A DNA stretch of 64,000 nucleotides from Heptranchias perlo (taxonomy: Eukaryota): the NCBI RefSeq assembly GCF_035084215.1, contig NC_090336.1, positions 29,202,001 through 29,266,000 of the forward strand. The letters are read 5' to 3'. This document shows, one piece after another, positions 25,681-37,518 of this stretch. The first letter of the stretch is position 1. The number at the start of each line of letters is the position of its first letter. The translations under genes and the position numbers were made by a program. The notes beneath the pieces are model-generated. The model was not told the origin of the DNA. It did not search any database and saw only the letters and a list, made by a program, of their open reading frames with translations.

Positions 25681-27160
25681 AATCAATTTGAGTGGAGGTA
25701 AGTAATAGCAAGGGAAAGAAATCACTGGTGGGAGTAGTATACAGGCCCCCTAACAATAGCTACACCATAGGGCAAAATATCAATCAGGAAATAGGGGGGG
25801 CTTGTAAAAAGGTAATGCAATAATCATGGGTGATTTTAACTTTCACATAGATTAGACAAATCAAAATTGGCAAAAGTAGCCCTGAGGAGGAGTTCATAGA
25901 GTGTATTCAGGACTGTATGATGGTGGCAAACAACTAAAAAGATATTTTATGACTTGCAACAACAATATATCCCGGTGAGGAAGAAAGACTCCACAAAAAG
26001 GGTGAACCAACCATGGCTAACTAAGGGAGTTAAGGATGCAATCAGGTTAACAGAAAAGGCATACAATGTGGCAAAGATTATTGGTCAGCACAAAGATTGG
26101 GAAAACTTTAAAAACCAGCAAAGGATGACAAAAAGAATAATAAAGAGGGAGATAATAAATTATGAGAGTAAACTAGCGAGAAATATAAAACTGAGAATAA
26201 AAGCTTCTACAAGTACATAAAAAGGAAGAGGGTAGCTAAAGTAAACATTGGTCCCTTAGAGGATGAGACTGGGGAAATAATAATGGAAAACAAGGAAATG
26301 GCAGAGGAATTGAACAGATATTTTGTATCTGTCTTCACAGTAGAAGACACTAATAACATACCAATAATAGTAGATAATCAAGGGGCAAAGGGGAGGGAGG
26401 AACTAAAAACAACCACTATCACTGGAGAAAATGTACTTGGTAAACTAATGCGTCTAAAGGCTGACAAGCCCCCTGGACCTGATGGCTTGCATCTGAGGGT
26501 CTTAAAGGAAGTGGCTACAGAGATAGTGGATGCATTGCTTGTAATCTTCCAGAATTCATTAGATTCTGGAAAGGTCCCAGCGGATTGGAAAACCGCAAAC
26601 GTAACATTCAAGAAGGAAGTGAGACAGAAAGCAGGTAGCGATAGATCAGTTAGCATCTGCCAATGGGAAAATGCTAGAATCCATTATTAAGGAAGTAGTA
26701 GCAAGACATTTGGAGACTCATAATACAATTAAGGAGAGTCAAGATTGTTTTATGAAGGGGAAATCATGTCTGACAAATTTATTAGAGTTCTTTGAGGAAG
26801 TAACAGACAGGGTGGATAAAGGGGAACCAATGGATGCAGTATATTTGGATTTCCAAAAGGCATTCGATAAGGTGCCACATAAAAAAGGTGACTGCACAAG
26901 ATAAATGCTCACGGTATTGGGGGTAATATACTGGCACGGATAGAGGATTGGCTAACTAACAGAAAACAAAGAGTCGGGATAAAAGGGTCATTTTCAAAAT
27001 GGCAATTCCTAACTAGTGGGGTGCCGCAGGGATCAGTGCTGGGGCCTCAACTATTTACAATATATATCAATGACTTGGATGAAGGAACAGAGTGTATTGT
27101 GGCCAAATTTGCTGATGATACAAAGATAGTTGGAAAAGCAAGTTGCGATGAAGACACAAA

Positions 27161-28082
27161 GGCCCCGATATTAGCGGGGAGGTGGATGGCAGCGGGGAGG
27201 AGGAGGGTGGGGGGGCGATTGGGCACGTGGCAAACCCGCATGAACCAAACTTACGATTTCTGACGCGCTCGCACGTTGACTGATAGTGGTTAACGTACTC
27301 TCCGGGTTTCATGCCCGGCAGCTAACCTGATTGACAGGTTGGCTGCCATCAGGAGCTGCAACGCGAGGCGGGGGGAGGGGGGCGCGAGAAAGGGAGAGAG
27401 CCAGACGTCATCCGGCGCTGGACTGGAAGACGGTGGGGGGGCGGGGGGTGAATGGAAGATCCGGCAATGGACTGTAAGACCGGGGTTGGGGGAGAGGGGA
27501 AGATCGGTGGGGAGAGGGGAAGATCGGGGTGACAGAGGGGAAGATCGGGGTGGATCGGGACTGTGAGATTGGGGGGAGATCAGGGGAAATCGGGGGGGAG
27601 ATCGAGAGGGTGAGATCGGGGGGAGAATGGGAGGATGAGATCGGGGGGACATCGGAGCAGGAGACATTGGAGCAGGTTTCAAAGGTAGGTGCATTTAGTG
27701 TTTCTTTATTTGCATTTTTCTTTATTTAATTTAATTAATTTCTTGTTCCGGCCCTTCACTCCTGGTTTCACCAGGCGTGAATCAGAAGCAATGGGCAAGC
27801 CGCCCAGGTAAGTTAAAAATCTTTCTAATCACTTATTCTGTCACAGGTAAATTGCCTTAAGTACCTCAATGAGGTACATTTGGCTCTTTAATTGTCATCA
27901 CGCCGGCTTTAATTGCCGGCAGGACTTCCGTTTTCGGGTAGCCCGTGTGCACACAGGTGGATCCCTGGGAAACTCGAAAGCCGGCAGGTTGGAGTCAGCT
28001 TCCGAAACCGAATGGGATTTGCGCAATTTTTGGAGCTCCCCCACCCTCAACACACCCGCATTTGCCTCCTAAAATCACCCCC
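27161..28082. mobile_element. Non-autonomous Harbinger-type element, 922 bp, AAA TSD
   Basis: Imperfect TIRs GGCCCCGATATTAG / CTAAAATCACCCCC; AAA on both sides; CR1 RT resumes seamlessly. Confidence 0.8.
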
Positions 28083-28276
28083 AAAGTGTCTGCAAAGAGA
28101 TATTGACAAGTTAAGCAAATGGGCAAAAATTTGGCAGATGGATTATAATGTGGGAAAATGTGAAGTCATCCACTTTGGGAGGAAAATTAAAAAAGCAAAA
28201 TATTATTTGAATGGAGAAATACAATAAAATGCTGCAGTACAGAGGGATCTGGGTATCTTCATACATGAAACACAAA

Positions 28277-30328
28277 GGGCTCGAATTTAGCAGGCCTGCG
28301 GGTTCCCAGCGGGTGGTCCTCCGGGAGCGTCGAAAACGCGAACGGCGAAATTAGTGGGTTGCCCACGCGATCGTAGCAGGCAATCCACTAATAGGATCCA
28401 ATTACCTGCTCCTCCGGGGTCCACGGCGCTGGCCTGCGCGTCGGTCGGGCTGCGCATGCGCAGTACGATCTGTCAGCTGGAGGCTCTCTAGTTAAAGGGG
28501 CAGTCCTCCACTGACAGATGCTGCAACCAATGGGACAAATTGCAGCATGGAGCAGCCCAGGGGGAAGGCTGCTCCCAGTTTAATGATGCCTCACCCCAGG
28601 TATCATCAGATGGGGTGAGGAGGAGGGGGAGGACACAGATCTTCCCCCTGGCGGGCGGGATGAAGCGGCCTGCCTCTGCCACCAAGAAGGCCTGGCTCGA
28701 GGTGGCAGAGGGGGTCACCTGCGCCACCAACATATCGCCCACCTGCATACAGTGCAGGAGGTGCTGCAATGACCGCAGTAGGTCAGCCACAGTGAGAACA
28801 CGAAGTCTTTCCCCTACACTCCGTCTGCCACAACACTGCCCCCACCCCAAATCTCCTTCGGCACCGCCAACACTATTCTGTCACATCATCCTTCATGCCC
28901 ACTCACACCCCATCCTCATCTTACCTCCACCTTCTCACCTCGCCAGTACTCATCCTGCCACTAACACGCGACCCAATCCTCATACAATCTCATGGCTCCA
29001 TCCCATACTCACCCTCTCGTGCATCTCCCTCACGGCCAGCCTCACTCAACCTGCCACCACCTGTGCTGCAGCCACAGGGCATGCATCACATATGTGCAGT
29101 AGGCAGGGTAAGGCAAACGTCTCGTCAGCATGAAGGGGGTGCACAAGGGTGTCTGAGGGTTTGTCATGGGTGTTACCCATATTGAATTTCAGAGCCACAA
29201 ACAGCACACATTATATTGACACCACCACTGCCATGTCTCCGCGAATCCTGTCCATTGTGTCCAATAATGCCCACTCCTGGGTATCACTATGAGGACCCAC
29301 CACTGATGCCACCCATTGTGTTACTGCAGAGTAGGTGCAGGTGTATTTGCAGGGCTCGTCCGCGCAGACGACTGAGAGACATCGGCGGTGTAGCCGGCTG
29401 CACCTTGGAAGGATGCGGAGGAGAAGGTGTGGAGGACAGTGGTGACTTTGCCAGCGACAGGTAAGCAGTTGGTGCTGGGGCCAGCCAGGAGCAGCTCGGC
29501 ATGAAAGAGGCTGCAGATCTCCACGACTACATGTCGAGCGAATCTGCGCCTCCCTGTGCACTGCTGCTCGGAGAGGTCCGGGGAGCTGCGCCTCGGTCTG
29601 TGGACCCTGTGGCGAGGGTAGTGCCCTCTGCGACGTGTCTCTCTCTGCGGTAGCCCTCCCTCCTGCTGTGCAGGTGGGCGTGCAACCACACCGTGTTGGG
29701 GGGATCCACGTCTCTGCGGCGGACGGCGTGGACTGCGAGGCTGCTGGTGGTGGTCATGCTCTTCGTCCTCCGAGGGTGTCCATACACCACCCAACTGGCA
29801 GGTGTTGGTCTGAGGGGTTGTGCAGGGTAGGTGTGTGGGTCCTCGGACTGGGGCTGCGGTTTCGTGTCGGTCTGTCCTCTGGCTTGGCCGGGGGGTGGTG
29901 GGGGGCAGGGGTTGCCCTATGTGACGCGGTGGCCTCGTGCGTGGGTGAGGGCTCTCCCCCGTGGAGTGCACCTTGGCACCTGCCACAGGCTGCTGGCTGC
30001 AACACGCCTGGTTTGAAGGGTCCTGTTTCCCCCAGTGTGGGAAACTGACTGCTTTGAACCTAAAATCCCACACTTCCTCTTTTGACAGCTGCTTCAGCTC
30101 ATTAAGTGACCACAACGAGCAAGTTAAGTGCTCTCAAGTGGAACTCCGCTGGCTTTAATTGCCTGCGGGATTCCCACCAGCGGGGCTTTCGCGCGCAGCC
30201 CCGCACGTCAGCGCGGTACCCGGAAGTGGCCGGGATTTCGTCCGAATCCGGTCACGTGATCGGAGATCGGGATTTTCGGGGCCCCCCCGCTGGAAACCCG
30301 CAGGTAACCCGATCCTAAAATCGAGCCC
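28277..30328. mobile_element. Internally deleted PIF/Harbinger transposon (Myb/SANT remnant on +, HARBI1-like transposase N-terminus on -)
   Basis: TIRs GGGCTCGAATTTAG / CTAAAATCGAGCCC, AAA TSD, empty site visible at 1330-1345; KKAWLEVAE...QCRR..ND and LPVAGKVTTVL..FSSASFQ...DVSQSS motifs. Confidence 0.9.
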
Positions 30329-31196
30329 AAAAAGTCAGCAGGTAATCCGGAAGGCAAACGGAATATTGGCCTTTATTTCTAGGAGGATGCAGTATAAAAG
30401 CAGAGAAGTCATGCTACAACTGTACAGGGTGCTGGTGAGATCACACCTGGAGTTATGCATACAGTTCTGGGGCCCTTATTTAAGGAAGGATATACTTTCA
30501 TTGGAGGCATTCAGAGAAGGTTCACTAGGTTGATTCCAAGCATGGAAGGGTTGTCTTTTGAGGAAAGTTTGAACAGATTGGGTCTATACTCATTGGAGTT
30601 TAGAAGAATGAGAGGAGATCTTATTGAAACATACAAGATTCTGAGGGGACTCGGTCGGGTAGATGCTGAGAGGATGTTACCCCTCATGGGGGAATCTAAA
30701 ACTAAGGGGCTTAGTCTCAGAATAAATGGTCGCCCGTTTAAGACAGAAATGAGGAGGAATTTCTTCTCCCAGAGAGTCATGAATCTTTGGAATTCTTTAC
30801 CCCAAAAAGCTGTGGAAGCTGAGTCATTGAATACATTCAAGGCTGACTTGGACAAATTTTTGATCAGCAAGGGAGTCAAAGGATATGGGGAAAGGGCGGG
30901 AAAGTGGAGTTGTGGTAAAAATCAGATCAGCCATGATCTCATTAAATGGCGGAGCAGGCTCGAGGGGCCAAATGGCCCACTCCTGCTCCTATCTCTTAAG
31001 GTCTTATGGTTCACAGATCCACTGGTGAATTACTGAAAAGGGAAGAAGTCAGAGGGACAGCCCTCCCACTTACTGGAAACACAAGAGAAAGGACAGAGCA
31101 ATACAGGGGCAGTAAGTCAGCCAGTTGGGCCTAGCGAAGAAAAGTCACTCATTTCAAACCCAGAGACAGTCAGAATCAGAATCAGGAAACATTATG

Positions 31197-31228
31197 CTAT
31201 CCTGCTGATAGGGATACTTTGATATTTT
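31197..31228 (-). CDS. Candidate terminal exon (E)NIKVSLSAG*
   Basis: ttttgacag| acceptor, phase 1, stop after 10 codons; conserved in duplicate at 2206-2237. Confidence 0.35.
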
Positions 31229-31489
31229 CTGTCAAAATATATTTGCCAGCACACAAACCAACCTGAATGTGTCAATTTTAAAAGTACGTCATTCTAGATC
31301 TCAGTTTAAGCACCTGGTAGTAGGGATTTTTGATACCTCGTTAATAAAACAATTGTATCAAATCTTTCTCTGCCCAAGTGTAATGAAGCAGATCCAAATG
31401 TCCAGTTATTGTGAATCTTAAAGTGAAAACTGTCATACTCATTATTAATAATTACTTTCCAACTTTTCAGTTATGTTTATATAGCAGAA

Positions 31490-33485
31490 CTGTATTTCAC
31501 CACATTCTGTAACCTCATGGCCCGGCATATTCCTCACTCTACCATTACCATCAAGCCAGGGGATCAACCCGGGTTCAATGAGGAGTGTTGAAGAGCATGT
31601 CAGGAGCAGCAGCAGGCATACCTAAAAATGAGGTGCCTACCTGGTGAAGCTACAACACAGGACGACATGTATGCTAAACAGTGGAAGCAGCATGCTGCAG
31701 ACAGAGCTAAGTGATCCCACAACCAACGGATCAGGTCAAAGCCCTGAAGTCGTGCCACATCCACTCATGAATGGTGGTGGGCAATTAAACAACTGACGGG
31801 AGGAGGTGGATCCGTGAAGATCTCCATCCTCAATGATGGCAGAGCCCAGCACCTGATTGCAAAAGACAAGGCTGAAGTGTTTGCAACCATCTTCAGCCAG
31901 AAGTGCCGAATGGATGATCCATCTTGGCCTCCTCCTGAGATCTCCACCATCACAGAAGCCAGTCTTCAGCCAATTCGATTCACTCCACGTGATATCAAGG
32001 AATGGCTGAGTGCACTGTATACACCAAAGACTATAGGCCCCAACAACAGCCTGTGCTGCAGAACTAGGTGCGCCTCTAGCCAAGCTGTTCCAGTACAGCT
32101 ACAACACTGGCATCTATGCGACAAAGTGGAAAATTGCCCAGGTGTGTCCTGTCCACAAAAAGCAGGACAAATCTAATCCGGCCAATTACTGCACCATCAG
32201 TCTACTCTCAATCATCAGCAAACTGATGGAAGGAGTCATCAACAGTGCTATCAAGCGGCACTTACTCACCAATAACCTGCTCCAGACCTCATTACAGCTT
32301 TGATCCAAACGTGGACAAAAGGGCTGAATTCCAGAGGCGAGGTGAGAGTGACTGCCCTTGACATCAAGGCAGCGTTTGACTGAGTGTGGCATCAAGGAGC
32401 CCTAGTAAAATTGAAGTCACTGGGAATCAAGGGAAAATTCTCCATTGGCTTGAGTCATACTTAGCATAAAGGAAGATGGTCGTGGTTGTTGGAGGCCAAC
32501 CATCTCAGCCCCAGAACATTGCTGCAGGAGTTCTTCGGGGCAGTGTCCTAGGCCCATCCATCTTCAACTGCTTCATCAATGACCTTCCCTCCATCATAAG
32601 ATCAGAAGTGAGTTGTTTGCTGATGATTGCAGTGTTCAGTTCCATTCGCAACCCCTCAGATAATGAAGCAATCCGTGCCCACCCGCAGCAAGACCTGGAC
32701 AACATCCAGGCTTGGGCTGATAATTGGCAAGTAACATTCATGCCAGATAAATGCCAGGCAATGACCATCCATCAAGAGAGCATCTAACCACCTCCCCTGC
32801 ACCATCGCTGAATCCCCTACCGTCAACATCCTGGGGGTCACCATTGACCACAAACTTAACTGGACCAGCCATATAAATACTGTGGCTACAAGAGCAGGTC
32901 AGAAGCTGGGCATTCTGCGGCGAGTGATTCCCCAAAGCCTTTCCACCATCTACAAGGCACATGTCAGGAGTGTGATGGAATACTCTCCACTTGCCTGGAT
33001 GGGGAGAGCTTCAACAACACTCAAGAAGCTCCACACCATCCAGGACAAAGCAGCCTGCTTAATTGGCACCCCATCCACCACCCGAAACATTCACTCCCTC
33101 CACCACCGGCGCACCATGGCTGCAGTGTGTACCATCCACAGGATGCACTGCAGCAACTCGCCAAGGCTTCTTCGACAGCACCTCCCAAACACATGACCTC
33201 CACCACCTAGAAGGACAAGAGCAGCAGGTACATGGGAACAACACCACCTGCACGTTCCCCTTCAAGTTACAAACCATCTCGACTTGGAAATATATCGCCA
33301 TTCCTGCTCCATCGCTGGGTCAAAATCCTGGAACTCCCTTCCTAACAGCGCTGTGGGAGAACCGTCATGACACGGACTGCAGTGATTCAAGAAGGTGGCT
33401 CACCACCACCTTCTCATGGGCAATTCGGGATGGGCAATAAATGCTCGCCTTGGCAGTGACGGCCACATCCCATGAATGAATTTTT
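31490..33485 (+). mobile_element. Degenerate CR1/L2-group LINE, duplicate of 2520-4610
   Basis: Collinear homology and identical insertion flanks. Confidence 0.85.
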
Positions 33486-33579
33486 TAAAAATTCCCTGCC
33501 AGTGGCATCTTCACTTTCCTTTGGTTTTGTTTGTCCTTAATTATGTCCTTATAATAGATATTGATTGAAAGCAATCAAT

Positions 33580-34875
33580 ATTAACCAATATCTATTATAA
33601 GTCCACCGACTCCCACAGCTACCTTGATCACACTTGCTCCCACCCTGCTTCCTGTAAGGACTCTATTCCCTTCCGCCAGTTTCTCTGTCTCCGTCGTATC
33701 TGTTCTGACGATGCCACCTTCCGCACCAGTGCTTCCGATATGTCTTCCTATTTCCTCAACCGAGGATTCCCCTCCACTGTAGTCAACAGGGCCCTCGACC
33801 GTGTCCGTTCTATTTCTCGCACTTCTGCCCTCACCCCTTCCATTCCCTCCCAGAACCATGATAGGATCCCCCTTGTCCTCACCTTCCACCCCACCAGCCT
33901 CCACATTCAACATATCACCCTCTGCCATTTCAGCCACCTCCAGCGTGATCCCACCACCGCACACATCTTACCCTCCCCTCCCCTTTCAGCATTCCGAAGG
34001 GACTGTTCCCTTCGCGACACCTTGGTCCACTCTTCCATCACCCCCAACACCCGCTCTCCTCCCCACGGCACCTTCCCATGCAAGCGCAGGAAATGCAACA
34101 CCTGCCCTTTCATCTCCTCCCCTCCCACTGCCCAGGGCCCCAAACACTCCTTTCAGGTGAAACAGCGGTTTACTTGTACTTCTTTCAATTTAGTAAACTG
34201 TATCCACTGCTCACAATGCGGTCTCCTCTACACTGGGGAGACCAAACACAGACTGGGTGATCGCTTTGCTGAATACCTCCACTCTGTCTGCAAGCGTGAA
34301 CCTGATCTGCTGGTCACTTGCCATTTCCCTTCCCACTCCTACTCTGATCGTTCTGTCCTCAGCCTCTTACACTGTTCTAATGAAGTTCAACGTAAGCTCG
34401 AGGAACAGCACCTCATCTTTCGTTTACGCACTTTACAACCCCTTCCGGACTCAGCATTGACTTCAATAACTTCAGATCATAACCACTGCTCCCATTTTAT
34501 CAGTCAGCTAGTGTTGGTAATGGTTCTGCTGCTGCCATTTACAGCTACTCCTGATCAATCTTTTGTTTCCTAACCTGTCCCATTACCACCTTCCTTGCCT
34601 GCACCATCATCCCTTTTGTCATTTAATCACTCGTGCCCGTTACCCGATCACAGACTTTCCCGTTTGTTCTTTCCTCCCCTCCCTCCCCCACTTTCCCTGG
34701 CTCTGTACTTGCTTAAAAACTTTAACTCTTTTAACATCTTCCTGTTCTGACGATAGGTCTTCAACCTGAAACAATAACTCTTTCTTTCTCCACAGATACT
34801 GCCTGACTTGCTGAGCTTCTCCAGCATTTTCTGTTTTTATTTCAGATTTACAGCATCTGCAGTATTTTGCTTTCC
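33580..34875 (+). mobile_element. Penelope-like element 3' part (RT C-terminus, GIY-YIG endonuclease, pLTR)
   Basis: CKRRKCNTC, NLVNCIHCSQCGLLYTGETKHRLGDRFAE, RKLEEQHLIF. Confidence 0.9.
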
Positions 34876-34893
34876 ATTAACTCAGTATTTATC

Positions 34894-35060
34894 AATGTAA
34901 GGAGTCGTACAACACCAGGTTATAGTCCAACAGCTTTATTTGAAATCACAAGCTTTCGGAGCTTTGCTCCTTCGTCAGGTGAAGAAGCAAAGCTCCGAAA
35001 GCTTGTGATTTCAAATAAAGCTGTTGGACTATAACCTGGTGTTGTGCGACTCCTGACATT
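34894..35060. repeat. 80-bp-arm inverted repeat from Penelope pLTR
   Basis: 34894-34973 is the reverse complement of 34981-35060 with 3 mismatches and a 7-nt loop. Confidence 0.9.
34947..34981 (-). ncRNA. Minimal type I hammerhead ribozyme (Penelope-associated)
   Basis: CAC-CUGACGA-A-GGAG-CAAAG-CUCC-GAA-AGCU-U-GUG. Confidence 0.7.
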
Positions 35061-35223
35061 TGTCCACACCAGACAATCACCGGCATCTCCAGGACAGACA
35101 TCACAACATTGGATGCCCTCGATGAGCTTTCAGTCCCTCGACACAATAAAACGTCCACACAGAGGTAGATCAAGGGATCTTGGAAGTATGGGGTTTACAG
35201 CAAATTTTTACATCAGCCCCTTT

Positions 35224-37275
35224 GGGCCCGATATTACCGGGGCGGCGGGTTCACGGCGGTGGGGGGGCGATTGGGCGCGTGTGTAACGCGCCCGGTGAAA
35301 TCAGTCTGCCCCGAACGCAATCGCAGGCTGATTGGATCCACTTACCTGGTCTTCCGGGTTCCCCGCTGCTAAGCTGCGTGTCGGGCGGACTGCGCATGCA
35401 CAGTAAGGTCTGTCAGCTGGAGGAGCTCTATTTAAAGGGGCAGTCCTCCACTGACTGACGCTGCAAGAAATAGGAAAAATTACAGGATGGAGCAGCCCTG
35501 GGGGAAGGCTGCTCCCAGGTTTAATGATGCCTCACTCCAGGTATCATTGGATGGGGTGAGGAGGAGGGGGAGGACAGAGATCTTCCCCCCGGTGGGGGGG
35601 AGGAAGTGGCCTGCCTCTGCCACCAAGAAGGCCTGGCTCGAGGTGGCAGAGGAGGTCACCTGCACCACCAACATATCGCCCACCTGCATACAGTGCAGGA
35701 GGCGCTGAAATGACATTAGTAGGTCAGGCAAAGTGAGTACACTTACTCATTCCCCTACACTCCGTCTGCCACATCACTGCCCCCACCCCACATCTCCTTC
35801 TGCATTGCCAACACTACTCTGTCACATCACCCCTCACACCCACTCAAACCTCATCCTCATCTTACCTGCACTTACTCACCTCGCCAGTACTCATCCCGCC
35901 ACTACCACTCAACCCAATCCTCATACAATCTCATGGCTCTATCTCATACTTACCCTCTCATGCATCTCTTTCACAGTCAGCCTCACTCAACCTGCCACTA
36001 CCTGTGCTGCAGCCACAGGGCATGCATCACATATGTGCAGTAGGCAGCGTAAGGCAAACGTGTCGTGAGCATGAAGGGGATGCACAAGGGTGTTTGAGGG
36101 TTTGTCATGGTTTTTACCTATATTTAATTTCTGACCAACTCACAAAACATATTATATTGTCACCACTACTGCCACCTTTTTGCGAATCTTGTCTGGTTTG
36201 TGCAATAACGCCCTTTCCGGAGGATCACAATGAAGACCCACACCTGATGCCACCCATTGTGTCACTGCAGAGTGGGTGTAGGTGTATTTGCAGGGCTCTT
36301 TTGTGCAGACGACTAAGCGACGTCGGCGATGTCCCCGGTGGCACCCTGGAAGGATGCAGAGGAGAAGTTGTTGAGGGCAGAGGTGACTTTGACAGTGACA
36401 GGTAAGAAGATGGTGCTCCGGCCAGCCGAGAGCAGCTCGGCATGAAGGAGGCTGCAGATGTCCACGACTACATGTCGAATGACTCTGAGCCTCCGTGTGT
36501 ACTGCTGCTCAGAGAGGTCCAGGAAGCTGAGCCTCGATCTGTGGACCCTGTGGAGAGGGTAGTGCCCTCTGTGATGCATCTCTCTCTGCGGTTGCCCTCC
36601 CTCCTGCTGTGCAGGTGGATGTGTCACAGCACTGTGTTGTGGAGCTCCACGTGTCAGAGGTGGACGGCGTGGCCGGCGAGGCTGGTGATGCTGTTCGCCC
36701 TCCGAGGAAGTCATGACTGCAGCTACGGCGTCCCCCATCCGGAAGATGTACATCTGAGGGGGTCCGCAAGGTAGGTACATGTGTCTGGACACCGGGGTAA
36801 GTGTGCAAGTTGGTGAATTTTATTGTTAGGAGGAGGGTGGTGGAGGCCAAACCTTGTCCAAAGTGAGAGTGGCCTCCTGCAATGAGTGAGGGTCTCCCCC
36901 CACCACCTGTCAAATGAACCTTTGCAGCTGCCACAGGCTGATGGCTGCAACACGTCCTTTTGAACTGGGAGTGTTTCCCCCAGTACGGGAAACAGTCCCA
37001 GTTGTTTGTAAAATTCCAACCCTCCTAAAATATCTCATTTATCAGGTCTGTAAACAACCTGAAATACCAAAATAAATAGCTTAAGTGGCACCCCGCCGGC
37101 TTTAATTGCCGGCAGGAGTCCCACATGCGGGGGCTGCGCGCGCATGTCAGTGCGTCTGTGGGAAACCTGGAAGTGGGCGGGTTGAAGCCGGGCTCCTGAC
37201 CCGCCCCGTGAATCCACGATTTTTGTGGCCCCCCCGCCAGGAATGCACCCGATCGCGGGTGCTAAAATCGACCCC
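35224..37275. mobile_element. Second internally deleted PIF/Harbinger transposon (Myb on +, transposase on -)
   Basis: TIRs GGGCCCGATATTAC / GCTAAAATCGACCCC, TTT/TAT flanks; MEQPWGKAAPRFND...KKAWLEVAEEV and LPVTVKVTSALNNFSSASFQGATGD. Confidence 0.88.
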
Positions 37276-37440
37276 TATGAATCTGGAGAATGAAATTTGG
37301 ACCCTCTCTCTCCCATTCAAATCCATTCTGAAGTTATCTGTATGCTCACTGTTACAGATTATATGACTGAGGGTGTTCAGAGTGCACTGATAAGAATGGA
37401 AATCTTGCAGTTGACATAATTATTCTGGTTAATGAATTAC

Positions 37441-37518
37441 CTCTTTCAGATTGAGGAACTTTCTTTTCAAGAAGTGGTTTGCCAGTGGCATCTTCACTTT
37501 CCTGTGGTTTTGTTTGTC
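37441..37518 (-). CDS. Cytoplasmic exon (78 nt) GQTKPQESEDATGKPLLEKKVPQSER
   Basis: gtttaag|GA acceptor, GAG|gtaatt donor, phase 1-1; paralog at 6024-6101 keeps length, frame and splice sites. Confidence 0.72.

Larger units (their letters stand above)
20530..31005 (+). mobile_element. Old, fragmented CR1 LINE (ORF1 esterase, APE and RT remnants) hosting four nested insertions
   Basis: Pieces at 20530-21590 (GDSIVRG, WDGLHL, LNARSI), 25680-27160, 28083-28276 and 30329-31005 are collinear with CR1 ORF1/ORF2. Confidence 0.75.
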
